Shown in pieces: positions 54,701 to 63,218 of a DNA stretch of 64,000 bases (within the stretch, counting starts at the first letter, position 1; the number at the start of each line of letters is the position of its first letter). Both the position numbers and the translations under genes were made by a program. Under the pieces are notes generated by a model. That model did not search any database and had not been told where the DNA came from. It worked only from the letters and a program-made list of their open reading frames with translations. Source of the DNA: Nitrosopumilus sp. (GTDB lineage Archaea > Thermoproteota > Nitrososphaeria > Nitrososphaerales > Nitrosopumilaceae); NCBI GenBank assembly GCA_965207445.1, contig CBDBLX010000002.1, positions 864,001-928,000 of the forward strand, read 5' to 3'.

Positions 54701-55576
54701 ATGACTGGTCATGAGGCCGAATTAACTCATATCGTTGCAGTGGCAAACAGCAGTAGCAATAAAGATAATGCTCTTACTGTTGATATGGGCACTGTTATCA
54801 ACAAAGATGGCGTCTCTTCAGTTTCCGTTAATGGTACAATTGATGATAATACTGGTAATACACCTGAACAACATAATGAAATTGTGAGTGAAAACGATCA
54901 ACTTGATGTAAGTCAAATAGTTAGTGGATTGGAGTCTGAGCTAGAGAATCTTACCGATTTGAATGCAAATGCACCTGCCACATATGCTGAAATTGCACAT
55001 GGTTATAAAATGAAATCTGTACGCAAAAACTCATTGGAATCTGAGCGCAACTCTATTGTGGCATTTATCGATCGTATAGAGCGCGAAAAACGTCAGACTT
55101 TTCTTGAAGCATTTGATACTGTAAACTCAGAGATAAGCAGGGTGTTCAAAAAGATGACCGGTGGTGGCGCTTGGCTTGAGCTGCAAGATGAAGATGACAT
55201 ATTCTCATCTGGTATATCGTATTTGGTGCAGTTTCCTGACAAGCCATCTAGGGCATCTACATCTATTAGTGGTGGTGAAAAGACATTAGCAGCAGTTGTG
55301 TTTGTACTTGGGTTGCAAAAACTCCAACCATCACCGTTTTATCTGTTCGATGAGGTTGATGCTCATCTTGATGCACCTAACTCTGAGAAACTCTCAAATA
55401 TTCTAGCAGAGCGCGCACGTGAAAGTCAGTTTATTGTCGTGTCACTCAAAGACTCTGTTGTACAAAAGGCGAGTCTTGTGTATGGTGTCTATCCAAAAGC
55501 CGGTGTGTCAAATGTTGTAACATACAAAGACCGGCGGTTCCCTACACCCCCGTCACCGAAACCTGTGTCACGTTGA
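51785..55576 (+). CDS. smc: Chromosome segregation protein SMC
   Basis: GFKSF, GPNGSGKSN Walker A, coiled coils and hinge, ISGGEK signature, LFDEVDAHLD Walker B. Confidence 0.96.
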   Translation: MVHIKKVEIFGFKSFGFKNTIVQFEPGLVSISGPNGSGKSNILDAIIFATCEKTPKMMRVDKIRDLLHDVGGAKSTSGNDSQTNTISKSSKSRRMARVALHFDNTDRKIPVPSDNVSITRELEEDGEATYYLNGKKDNRSHIVDMLDVAHVGPGNLNVVQQGTVTRIAEYTSVEKRRAIEDLIGISSFDDKVEKATDQLDYADRKLEVALASMGEVKNQIDNLEVERNAKLRYDLIQKDLKRYRAIDAIAQLRKLRTQRTSKESELSSMKLQIDELKTSRDECRSSIKELDGKRSAVLNSEAEYRPKKAALESKIRDSVDVHDKAESKINISMTNIQNNRTRLDVIATDMKSLSVSQNYTNGQIKEKESFLEEIESSRDDIDEKLKQVNSEIRDIIEEQRRVTDNRTKIDDVIKKLRDEDHSIIQKKLHAIQNRTNYIDQINEYNVKLEKSKQLESSLENSINDLNNIIKNSRDTISTIEIRIKHLDERRSKAVSDKDDLELVLEKSSNVATKYESKIKTVKGFMYEDYATAKLKENAQSLGILGLVYEVMTWSKEYERPVMAASSDWIKAIVVRDFDALLGISEATRIQKLPKCKIIPMDAIQSMFSSFDTGIASADTISDNNNNNNSIPRIINGVSTLGVLAEYIQCSQEYMPLRTFLFGNVILVTDRNSAIAVSKFGYKAVTIHGEYFEARGSTVIVDINSKISKVTRLISMSSDVDGLFKSISLVKRYIQKKKNSIKKIDDSIQSYRNRIPVSADRLTNASSTLDYTKLRLKNLKESLVHIPNKLSEFNNQLDGVNDEIALYDSQIQHIKNEISLENDKYASSESMSEIGQRLATANSKKSNLEAERTTILASYDRLGFELSNLRSAARQLETDYAGYKREETSLTDEIPRLEESIKENAEKKESMSKVLEQLRETEQEMIRTSGLSMSEIKKYDDLLGNLNTDERSLTNKINSFERESENINRELDEMTGHEAELTHIVAVANSSSNKDNALTVDMGTVINKDGVSSVSVNGTIDDNTGNTPEQHNEIVSENDQLDVSQIVSGLESELENLTDLNANAPATYAEIAHGYKMKSVRKNSLESERNSIVAFIDRIEREKRQTFLEAFDTVNSEISRVFKKMTGGGAWLELQDEDDIFSSGISYLVQFPDKPSRASTSISGGEKTLAAVVFVLGLQKLQPSPFYLFDEVDAHLDAPNSEKLSNILAERARESQFIVVSLKDSVVQKASLVYGVYPKAGVSNVVTYKDRRFPTPPSPKPVSR

Positions 55577-55586
55577 TATGGTGTGG

Positions 55587-55669
55587 GTAAACGTTCAACC
55601 CCTGTGCACCTGTGCCAAACGTTAGGTGGTGAATTTGTGCCTAAATTTTAGAAGGGCTTGAACGGTTAC
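55587..55669 (+). mobile_element. MITE family A
   Basis: gtaaacgttcaacccct ... cttgaacggttac. Confidence 0.88.
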
Positions 55670-55719
55670 GCCCCGACCCCAGATTCAACATATATTAGAA
55701 CAGTTAGCGTAATTATATC

Positions 55720-55840
55720 ATGGAGAACATAACCACCATAACGGTGCAGAGAGCGACCCGCGATAGGATTATTGCCCTCGGCGCCAAATGGCAAATCCTT
55801 CTACTCGATACTGCGGCGGCTTCTGGAGGTGGTTGAATAA
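55720..55840 (+). pseudogene. Small ribbon-helix-helix-like DNA-binding protein, frameshifted
   Basis: MENITTITVQRATRDRIIALGAK / GKSFYSILRRLLEVVE. Confidence 0.6.
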
Positions 55841-55846
55841 TGGTCG

Positions 55847-56158
55847 ATGACCGACTCAATGAAAATCATGGCGGTGCTCGCGATCGGGATGTTCATCGCC
55901 TTCGTGATGGCGCCCGACTCCTGGATCATGTGATTCGTGCTGTCTATCCTGATCACGAGCGGCGTGATTATCTGGAAGATCGGTGTGTTACACGAAAGGC
56001 GCATCCGACTTCACGGTCGCCGACGTGGAGTGAGCACTCAACGAGATGTACCCGCGCAACGCGGAGGCGGCGTCTTGATGTTCGTCTACGCGCATTGGTA
56101 CGACCAGTCCCTCACGGACACTTGCGAATGGCCGCCGCTCTGGAGAGATGAAAAATGA
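55847..56158 (+). pseudogene. Small two-TM membrane protein with an in-frame TGA (55931-55933)
   Basis: MKIMAVLAIGMFIAFVMAPDSWIM*FVLSILITSGVIIWKIG...; stop overlaps the next ATG. Confidence 0.5.
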
Positions 56159-56793
56159 GTAGAGCGCCGGATACACAAAGGAAGATCTATGGCACCGCCA
56201 CTGAAAAAAATCTTGAGAATAAGGCCCGAAAGGTAATCAAAGAATGCACAATTACAAAATTAGATGACAAGCGTTATAGAGTGTCATACAGGAAAAACCC
56301 CGCAAGATCCTACATCGTAAAGTTCGTGAACACCTGGCAGTGCTCCTGTCCGTACAAGATCCACGGGCATCCCACGTGCAAACACATAATGGCAGTGCAG
56401 ACTGTCCGGCGTTCCGGTGACATGATGATAGTGTCCAGCGCATCTGCCGACTGGAGCGCCGCAACTGACGCTGTAGCAACAACAACAACAACAAAGCAGA
56501 TAAAGCAACTGAAAAAGAAACCGTCCAGAGTAGAAATCAAGGATGCATTGCTGGAAAAATACGGGTCATTGTGTCAGGGATGCGGCATCGCGCTAGATGC
56601 CCGGTACTTGGAACTGGACCACATGATGCCCTTGTCAGATGGCGGCACCGATGACGTGGAAAACCGCATCTTACTGTGTCGGACCTGCAATAGAACAAAG
56701 AGCAACTTGCATACGATATCGTGGTTGCGTAATGAAAATAAAAGGCGGGGACGCATGAAAGATGAAAACGCATTGTGTGATTTGGGCAGATAG
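56155..56793 (+). CDS. SWIM zinc finger - HNH endonuclease fusion
   Basis: CSCP...CKH; CQGC..LELDHMMPLSDGG....N..LLCRTCN..K. Confidence 0.85.
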   Translation: MSRAPDTQRKIYGTATEKNLENKARKVIKECTITKLDDKRYRVSYRKNPARSYIVKFVNTWQCSCPYKIHGHPTCKHIMAVQTVRRSGDMMIVSSASADWSAATDAVATTTTTKQIKQLKKKPSRVEIKDALLEKYGSLCQGCGIALDARYLELDHMMPLSDGGTDDVENRILLCRTCNRTKSNLHTISWLRNENKRRGRMKDENALCDLGR

Positions 56794-57155
56794 GCGGCTG
56801 GATGGCCGCCGCACCCAAAAAACTAGCGTGTTGTATAATTCGATGCGCATCTTGTAGGACGACACCTTTGCAATATGATTTGGCAGGCTTGTAGTGACAT
56901 GTGTAAGAGTACAAGATATAATGACCAGATTTGAAGCATTACATCTTCAAAAATCAAACATGTTGATCCTATCCTATACCTCTGAATTTAGTGCGTAATT
57001 ATACGCGCAAATGATTGTTTATGTTTATGTTGTTGTTAGAATTTTGATGTCACCTCCTTGGCCAATTTGCCGCATTGTGTTATGGGTGTGGATCTTTAGT
57101 TTGATCACTTGGTAGATATTCTCCATCTTTCTTGCCATGACCGCACCACCGTAGG

Positions 57156-57236
57156 GTAACTGTTCAACCCCCGTACCTGCGCCAGACGTTAGGCGGTGAA
57201 TTTGTGCCTAAATTTGGGAAAGGATTGAACGGTTAC
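57156..57236 (+). mobile_element. MITE family A
   Basis: gtaactgttcaacccc ... gattgaacggttac, 81 bp. Confidence 0.9.
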
Positions 57237-57457
57237 GGCTTGTTGTAGGCGTGACTTGACACACCTGCTAACATCATATCTTGAGGCAGGCAGTTTTCCT
57301 GTCTAGTTTACAGAGCATTTGAGTGGCTTCGAATCGTGTAACGTAGGTTGCGCGACTCACTACATGGACACGACCCCGGAGGAGTATAAATTTACAAATT
57401 ACGCAACACACTATAAAAAACACACAGCTTTTATTATGATTTACTTTATGTATTATA

Positions 57458-57694
57458 ATGTCAGATTCCGCTGATAAAACTCTTGATGCGATAGGCCTGT
57501 ATTGCCCTGAGCCTGTATTTCGTACAAAGATTGAACTCGAAAAGATGCAGGTGGGACAAGTACTTGCAGTGTCTGCTGATGACCCTGCTGCAAAAGAGGA
57601 CATATCGAGGTGGGTTAGTAAAACGGGCCATGAATTACTTGATGTGTCTGATGATGATAGTACTGTTACTTTGAAGATCAAAAAGATCAGATGA
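57458..57694 (+). CDS. TusA/SirA-family sulfur carrier
   Basis: LDAIGLYCPEP, ADDPAA..DI..W. Confidence 0.92.
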   Translation: MSDSADKTLDAIGLYCPEPVFRTKIELEKMQVGQVLAVSADDPAAKEDISRWVSKTGHELLDVSDDDSTVTLKIKKIR

Positions 57695-57859
57695 TGCACG
57701 TTACTTTATAATGTTTGATTACTTTTTTGGTGTATGTATTGACATATTAGTGATTTAGAGTTTATGCTTTGAGTGCTCAATGTGTTTTGAACTTTTAGGT
57801 GTTGAGTTGGTGTGTATGATGTATACGTGACGTGTGAATATGTTGTGTGAATGTGACAC

Positions 57860-58140
57860 GCGATAAACATACGCCAGATATAATTAAAAGTGCATAACAT
57901 GATCATAATAATATAGAACATTCTAAACACGCAAGAATCCAAAGTCATACAACGAGAATGTGTGCATCAACGCAGGATAAACACGATGAAAAAAGCAAAG
58001 CCAAGCAGTAGCTCGGCAGTCTTAGATTGACAACTTTTATCTCTATTGTGAGATATGAACAACTTTGCACCCAAGTAAATATGGAACAAAAGTGCAACTA
58101 CACAGTCACCTCAATCACACGAGGAGAGAAGGATTAACAT
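57860..58140 (+). pseudogene. Second IS110 remnant: ORF 3' end plus non-coding end with one copy of the array repeat (58075-58109)
   Basis: 57892-57931 matches rc of 24876-24915 at 34/40; similarity continues past the stop. Confidence 0.7.
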
Positions 58141-58294
58141 ATGTCAACGATTACAAATGATGGCATTTTGTACTTTATATTGCGTTGTAAATGTCGTGAC
58201 ATTGTTGATCATAAAAAACAGATTGATAATTACACACAGTTACGTAAGTTGGTTAAGCGTTAATATTAAATGATAGGATAAAAGAGGTTGAAAT

Positions 58295-58579
58295 ATGTCT
58301 GAATTGGATCATAAATACGAAGTAGATATCATACTGAGTGACGAAAAACAAAAGATTAGCAAGGATATTCGGGCAAACCTAATTGAATCTGGACTAATGG
58401 ACAGTAAGGGTAAATTAAAGATCAAAGGTGTTAGTCCAAAGATGCTAAAGCGTATGAAACACGAATATGTGGTATGTCCTGTTTTAAATGAGAACGTTCA
58501 ATTTGTCAAGTGCTATGTGTGCTCAAACTTTCAGAGTAGAGTAACCGGACAGGTACTGTGCAAAGGTGACCCTCTCTAG
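58295..58579 (+). CDS. Hypothetical Cys-containing protein
   Basis: 94 aa, CP..CYVC..C. Confidence 0.7.
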   Translation: MSELDHKYEVDIILSDEKQKISKDIRANLIESGLMDSKGKLKIKGVSPKMLKRMKHEYVVCPVLNENVQFVKCYVCSNFQSRVTGQVLCKGDPL

Positions 58580-58812
58580 TTCTTTACGTTGCTTCAAATA
58601 TGAGATATTTGTTGTATGCAAAATATAGTTGTCAAAATATGAATTTTTAATTTATAAGAATTTGTTGACTCACGATTCAAGCATATTTTACATCTCAAAT
58701 TTTTGATTACAACATCTATTTTTGGCACAAATATTGTATATGTTAATTGATCATGTATATATTTGATAAATGGCATTAGACTTATGCGAAAGCTAATTAA
58801 TTGATCTCTGTA

Positions 58813-60294
58813 ATGTCAATTGTGGCAGACAAAAAGATTGACATTGGAATTACGGCATCAAAAGCGTCTGATTTTAGTGAGTGGTATATCCAGGTTGTAC
58901 AAAAGGCTCAACTCGCAGATTATGCCCCTGTCAAAGGATTGATCGTATTGCGTCCTGATGGCTATGCCATATGGGAATCTTTACAAAACACGTTTGATTC
59001 TCGATTCTCAAAAGAAGGTGTTAGAAATGGGTTTTTACCCGTACTGATACCTGAATCTCTATTGAGTCGTGAACAAGAACACTTTGCAGGTTTTACACCC
59101 GAAGTGTTTTGGGTGACACACTCTGGCAACAATCAACTCGGTGATAGATTGGCTCTGCGTCCTACATCTGAGACTATTGCATATACAATGTATGCAAAAT
59201 GGATACGTAGCTGGCGTGACTTGCCCTTGAAGATTAATTTTTGGAACACTGCACTACGTTCTGAAATAAAGGCAACAAAGCCATTTTTACGCACATCTGA
59301 ATTCTTGTGGCAAGAAGGTCATACTGTACATGCTACAAGTGATGAGGCAGAAAAACAGGTAATGACAATGCTTGAAATATACAGAGATGTAGTTGAGCAA
59401 GAGTTGGCAATTCCCGTCGTATCTGGCAAAAAGAGTGAACGTGAAAAGTTTGTTGGAGCAAGATACACTACTGCAATTGAATCTATAATGCCTGATGGAA
59501 AGGCGCTTCAGATGGGCACATCTCACTTTCTTGCACAGAACTTTTCAAAACCATTTGATGTGAAATTTGCAGATCGTGACAATGTAGAGTATTTCGCATG
59601 GCAGACATCTTGGGGCGTATCGTGGCGATTAATTGGAGCTATGATAATGGTTCACGGTGACGATAAAGGATTAGTCATGCCTCCCAATGTTGCACCTATG
59701 CAAGTGGTTATAGTACCGATATACCGTGATGACTCACAGCATGATGTGGTAATGAATTCTGCTCAAATTGTATATTCTATTTTAAATGCTCGTAATATAC
59801 GTGTTCATATAGATGATCGTGACGATGTATCACCAGGATTCAAGTTCAATGACTGGGAGATGAAGGGTGTACCAATCCGACTTGAGATTGGGCCCCGCGA
59901 TGTTGAATCGCACAGTGTGGTTGCTATAACCAGATATGATGGAAAAAAACAAGTACTTTTAACTGATGGCTTGGATGACATGATACCAAAAATACTCTCT
60001 GAGATACAAGATGACATGCTACAAAAAGCAAAACAAAGAGCAGCTGAGATTACATATAATGCGTCTGATTATGCAGAGTTCAAACAGTTGTGTAGTAATG
60101 GTGGGTTTGTGTATGCTGCATGGTGTGGTGAATCAGAATGTGAGGCTGAGATAAAAGAAGAGACGGGTGTTGAGATTCGATTGATTCCGTTTGAATCCAG
60201 TGACTTGGATATGCGCACTCGTACGGCGCCTTGTACCCAATGCATAAAATGTAAACATAAAGGTTTAATTGCTGTCTTTGCACGAGGATATTGA
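58813..60294 (+). CDS. proS: Proline--tRNA ligase (archaeal/eukaryotic type)
   Basis: LRPTSET, PFLRTSEFLWQEGH, C-terminal FARGY. Confidence 0.97.
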   Translation: MSIVADKKIDIGITASKASDFSEWYIQVVQKAQLADYAPVKGLIVLRPDGYAIWESLQNTFDSRFSKEGVRNGFLPVLIPESLLSREQEHFAGFTPEVFWVTHSGNNQLGDRLALRPTSETIAYTMYAKWIRSWRDLPLKINFWNTALRSEIKATKPFLRTSEFLWQEGHTVHATSDEAEKQVMTMLEIYRDVVEQELAIPVVSGKKSEREKFVGARYTTAIESIMPDGKALQMGTSHFLAQNFSKPFDVKFADRDNVEYFAWQTSWGVSWRLIGAMIMVHGDDKGLVMPPNVAPMQVVIVPIYRDDSQHDVVMNSAQIVYSILNARNIRVHIDDRDDVSPGFKFNDWEMKGVPIRLEIGPRDVESHSVVAITRYDGKKQVLLTDGLDDMIPKILSEIQDDMLQKAKQRAAEITYNASDYAEFKQLCSNGGFVYAAWCGESECEAEIKEETGVEIRLIPFESSDLDMRTRTAPCTQCIKCKHKGLIAVFARGY

Positions 60295-61778
60295 GCGTTT
60301 TGTTTACTGATGCATCTTTGAGATCTACTACTAGTTTACACCAAAAACGTGAGTCTACTTTACTTGATATTGGCAACAACTCTGATCGATTGATTCAACT
60401 GTTCCGAGATACACGCGCACGTACACAAAATCTTGTCAGTACACTGAAACCTGATGATTATGTGGTACAGACTGCATTTTATACCAGTCCTGCCAAATGG
60501 CATATTGGACACGTTAGTTGGATATACCAAGTAATAATGGGGAAGATAGACTCTGAATATGGATTCAAAAAAGACGAGATATCAGAGTATCTTAACTCGT
60601 ATTATCAACAGTTTGGGACTCCGTATGAAAAGGGGCATCGAGGAATGGCGTCGCGACCTACTACACAACAGATGTTAAAGTACTTTGATCATGTAAGTAC
60701 TAGTGTAGAACAATTTATTGCAAAATACAGACATGTAATTGACGTTGTAATGCCTCAAAACACTGACAAAAACGATACTATACAATCAAATGATCCAAAA
60801 ATTGAGATATCTAGGCTCCTTGAGATGGGAATTAACCATGAGTGCCAACATCAAGAACTCTTAGTGTATGACCTCCAACACATGCTAGCAGAAAAATATA
60901 CTCCTCCCTGCAAGAACATCCTCAAACCACCTCATATTACAAAATCTGTAGATACATCTGATATGTTACGTATAGACGGTGGACTGTATAATATGGGGTA
61001 TAATGGATCTAACTATTGTTATGATATAGAACTACCAGAACACACTGTATTTTTAAATCCATATATGATAGCAAAGTATCTTGTCACAAATCAACAATAT
61101 TTGGAGTTTATCAACGATGGCGGTTATGAAACTTACAGGTATTGGCTTGCAGATGGTTGGGATATTGTACAAAAAAATGGTTGGGATGCACCCATGTACT
61201 GGGAGAAAAACACTACTAGTGGTAATGATGGAGAAGAAGAAGATGTGTGGCATATACATGACTTTACAGGTTATCATGCAATAAACTTGCAAGAGCCTGT
61301 ATCTCATGTAAGTTACTATGAAGCAGCTGCATACTGCAAGTGGGCACAAAAAAGATTGCCAACAGAAGCTGAATGGGAAAAGGCTGCTTGCTGGAACGAC
61401 AGCCTACAGAAAAAACACATATTTCCATGGGGTGATGATGCTCCTACACCACAACGGTGTAATCTATTGGAATCTGACTGCTGGAGTTGTACTGATGTCG
61501 GTTCTTATCCTTTGGGCATTAGTGCGTATGGCTGCCACCAAATGATCGGTGATGTGTGGGAATGGACGTCATCGGAATTTGTTGGATATCCTGGATTTCA
61601 ATCTGGTTTTGATGAGTATAATGACAAATGGTTTGCAAACCAAAAAGTGTTACGCGGTGGATCTTTTGGAACACCTGCTGCATCAATTAGAGCAAGTTAT
61701 AGAAACTTCTTCAAACTAGATGAGCGGTGGATGATATCTGGGTTTAGGTGTGCACAAGATGACACCGTTTTGCAGTAA
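60291..61778 (+). CDS. egtB: Ergothioneine biosynthesis sulfoxide synthase
   Basis: SPAKWHIGH, HECQHQE, RLPTEAEWE, YNDKWF..QKVLRGGS. Confidence 0.88.
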   Translation: MSVLFTDASLRSTTSLHQKRESTLLDIGNNSDRLIQLFRDTRARTQNLVSTLKPDDYVVQTAFYTSPAKWHIGHVSWIYQVIMGKIDSEYGFKKDEISEYLNSYYQQFGTPYEKGHRGMASRPTTQQMLKYFDHVSTSVEQFIAKYRHVIDVVMPQNTDKNDTIQSNDPKIEISRLLEMGINHECQHQELLVYDLQHMLAEKYTPPCKNILKPPHITKSVDTSDMLRIDGGLYNMGYNGSNYCYDIELPEHTVFLNPYMIAKYLVTNQQYLEFINDGGYETYRYWLADGWDIVQKNGWDAPMYWEKNTTSGNDGEEEDVWHIHDFTGYHAINLQEPVSHVSYYEAAAYCKWAQKRLPTEAEWEKAACWNDSLQKKHIFPWGDDAPTPQRCNLLESDCWSCTDVGSYPLGISAYGCHQMIGDVWEWTSSEFVGYPGFQSGFDEYNDKWFANQKVLRGGSFGTPAASIRASYRNFFKLDERWMISGFRCAQDDTVLQ

Positions 61779-61946
61779 TTATTTGTAGTTACTATTACTA
61801 TAATTGTTGTCGTTGTCGTAGCTACTGATAATATTGCTGTTAATAACCACTGGACCACGTGGGTAGACCCTTCTGATGTATACTGCAAGTCGCAGCTACT
61901 GATAATATTGCTGCTAATAACCACAAAGTAATAATTAAACTGACAA

Positions 61947-63044
61947 TTAAACTGATAATGTTTTTGAAACACCTGCAAGTACAATTGTGTAATATTCATA
62001 TTTGTCAGTCCATATTTTTTGCAGGTCAAATCCTGCATCACTAAACATCTTTTGAATTTGTTGTTGTGTGTATTTGTAAGAGTTTTCAGTATGAATTACT
62101 TCTCCTTGCTTTAGATGTAATCTGATGCCTGGATTTGATATTATGATTGTCTGCTCACACAGTGATTTAAGATACATCTCTATACGTTGTTCTTTATGAT
62201 TATATTTAGCATAATGCTCAAAGTTCTCAAGATCAAAATCTGCATCTAACTCTGCATTTATTCGTGATAGTACATTGAGGTTGAACTTTGATGTAATATT
62301 TGCCGTATCATTATATGCAGACTCTAACACATTTACATCTTTAACCATGTCAAGTCCGATCAAAAATACATCATCTGGTTTCATTGAAGATCGTATCTTG
62401 CGCAAAAACATCATGCCATCTACCGGTGAGAGATTTCCATAACTTGAGCCCAAGAACATTATGAGGTTTAAGCCCTTGTCATATTCTCGCAAAAACTCCA
62501 AACCCCCTTCATAAGTATCTATTATCCCTGTAATGCTTAGATGTGAATAATCTGCTAGTAACTGTTCTGAGCTTTGGGTTAGTATATCTGATATGTCAAT
62601 TGGCATGTATTCTGTGTGGTTTTGTATGTTTTTTAGTCCGTCTAATATTATTCGAGTTTTTACAGATGAACCACTCCCGAGCTCTACTAATCTGATGTTT
62701 TTTTCATGTAATTTTGTACTCTTATCATATATTACGTCACATAACTCTTTTTCAACTCTTTCTAAAAGAGATATTTCTGTTCTTGTCAAATAGTATTCTG
62801 GTGTTGCACAGATCTCCTCAAATATCTCCGAGCCAACTTTATCATAAAAGAACTTTGGATTTATGAATTTTTGATCATATCCTTTACCAAGACTGTGTGT
62901 TATCTCTTGTACAAAAGATTTTTCAACTTTTGTTGCGTGTGGTTTAAAGTATCGCAGTCTAGAGTCTATCTCAAACATTTTGTAATGTGGGTTTTGATTA
63001 TATAGGTGATATCTCTCTATTTCTTTCTGTTCAGTTTTTTTCAA
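61947..63044 (-). CDS. egtD: L-histidine N-alpha-methyltransferase
   Basis: PKFFYDxxGS..FE.I...PEYY.TR, VELGSGS..KT, IHTENSYKY. Confidence 0.93.
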   Translation of the reverse strand: MKKTEQKEIERYHLYNQNPHYKMFEIDSRLRYFKPHATKVEKSFVQEITHSLGKGYDQKFINPKFFYDKVGSEIFEEICATPEYYLTRTEISLLERVEKELCDVIYDKSTKLHEKNIRLVELGSGSSVKTRIILDGLKNIQNHTEYMPIDISDILTQSSEQLLADYSHLSITGIIDTYEGGLEFLREYDKGLNLIMFLGSSYGNLSPVDGMMFLRKIRSSMKPDDVFLIGLDMVKDVNVLESAYNDTANITSKFNLNVLSRINAELDADFDLENFEHYAKYNHKEQRIEMYLKSLCEQTIIISNPGIRLHLKQGEVIHTENSYKYTQQQIQKMFSDAGFDLQKIWTDKYEYYTIVLAGVSKTLSV

Positions 63045-63218
63045 TTATTCAACATACTTTAAGATTATCTTAAATGTCTTTTGAGGTGAGCGAATGCTAA
63101 TGTTGTGCCCTCGTATGAATCATCGCACTTGTGTGTATGTTGTTGTTGTTTTTTTTTGACATTACCATAGTCACCATTAAAACCATTTATTCATATACTA
63201 CTATACAACACCGCAATT

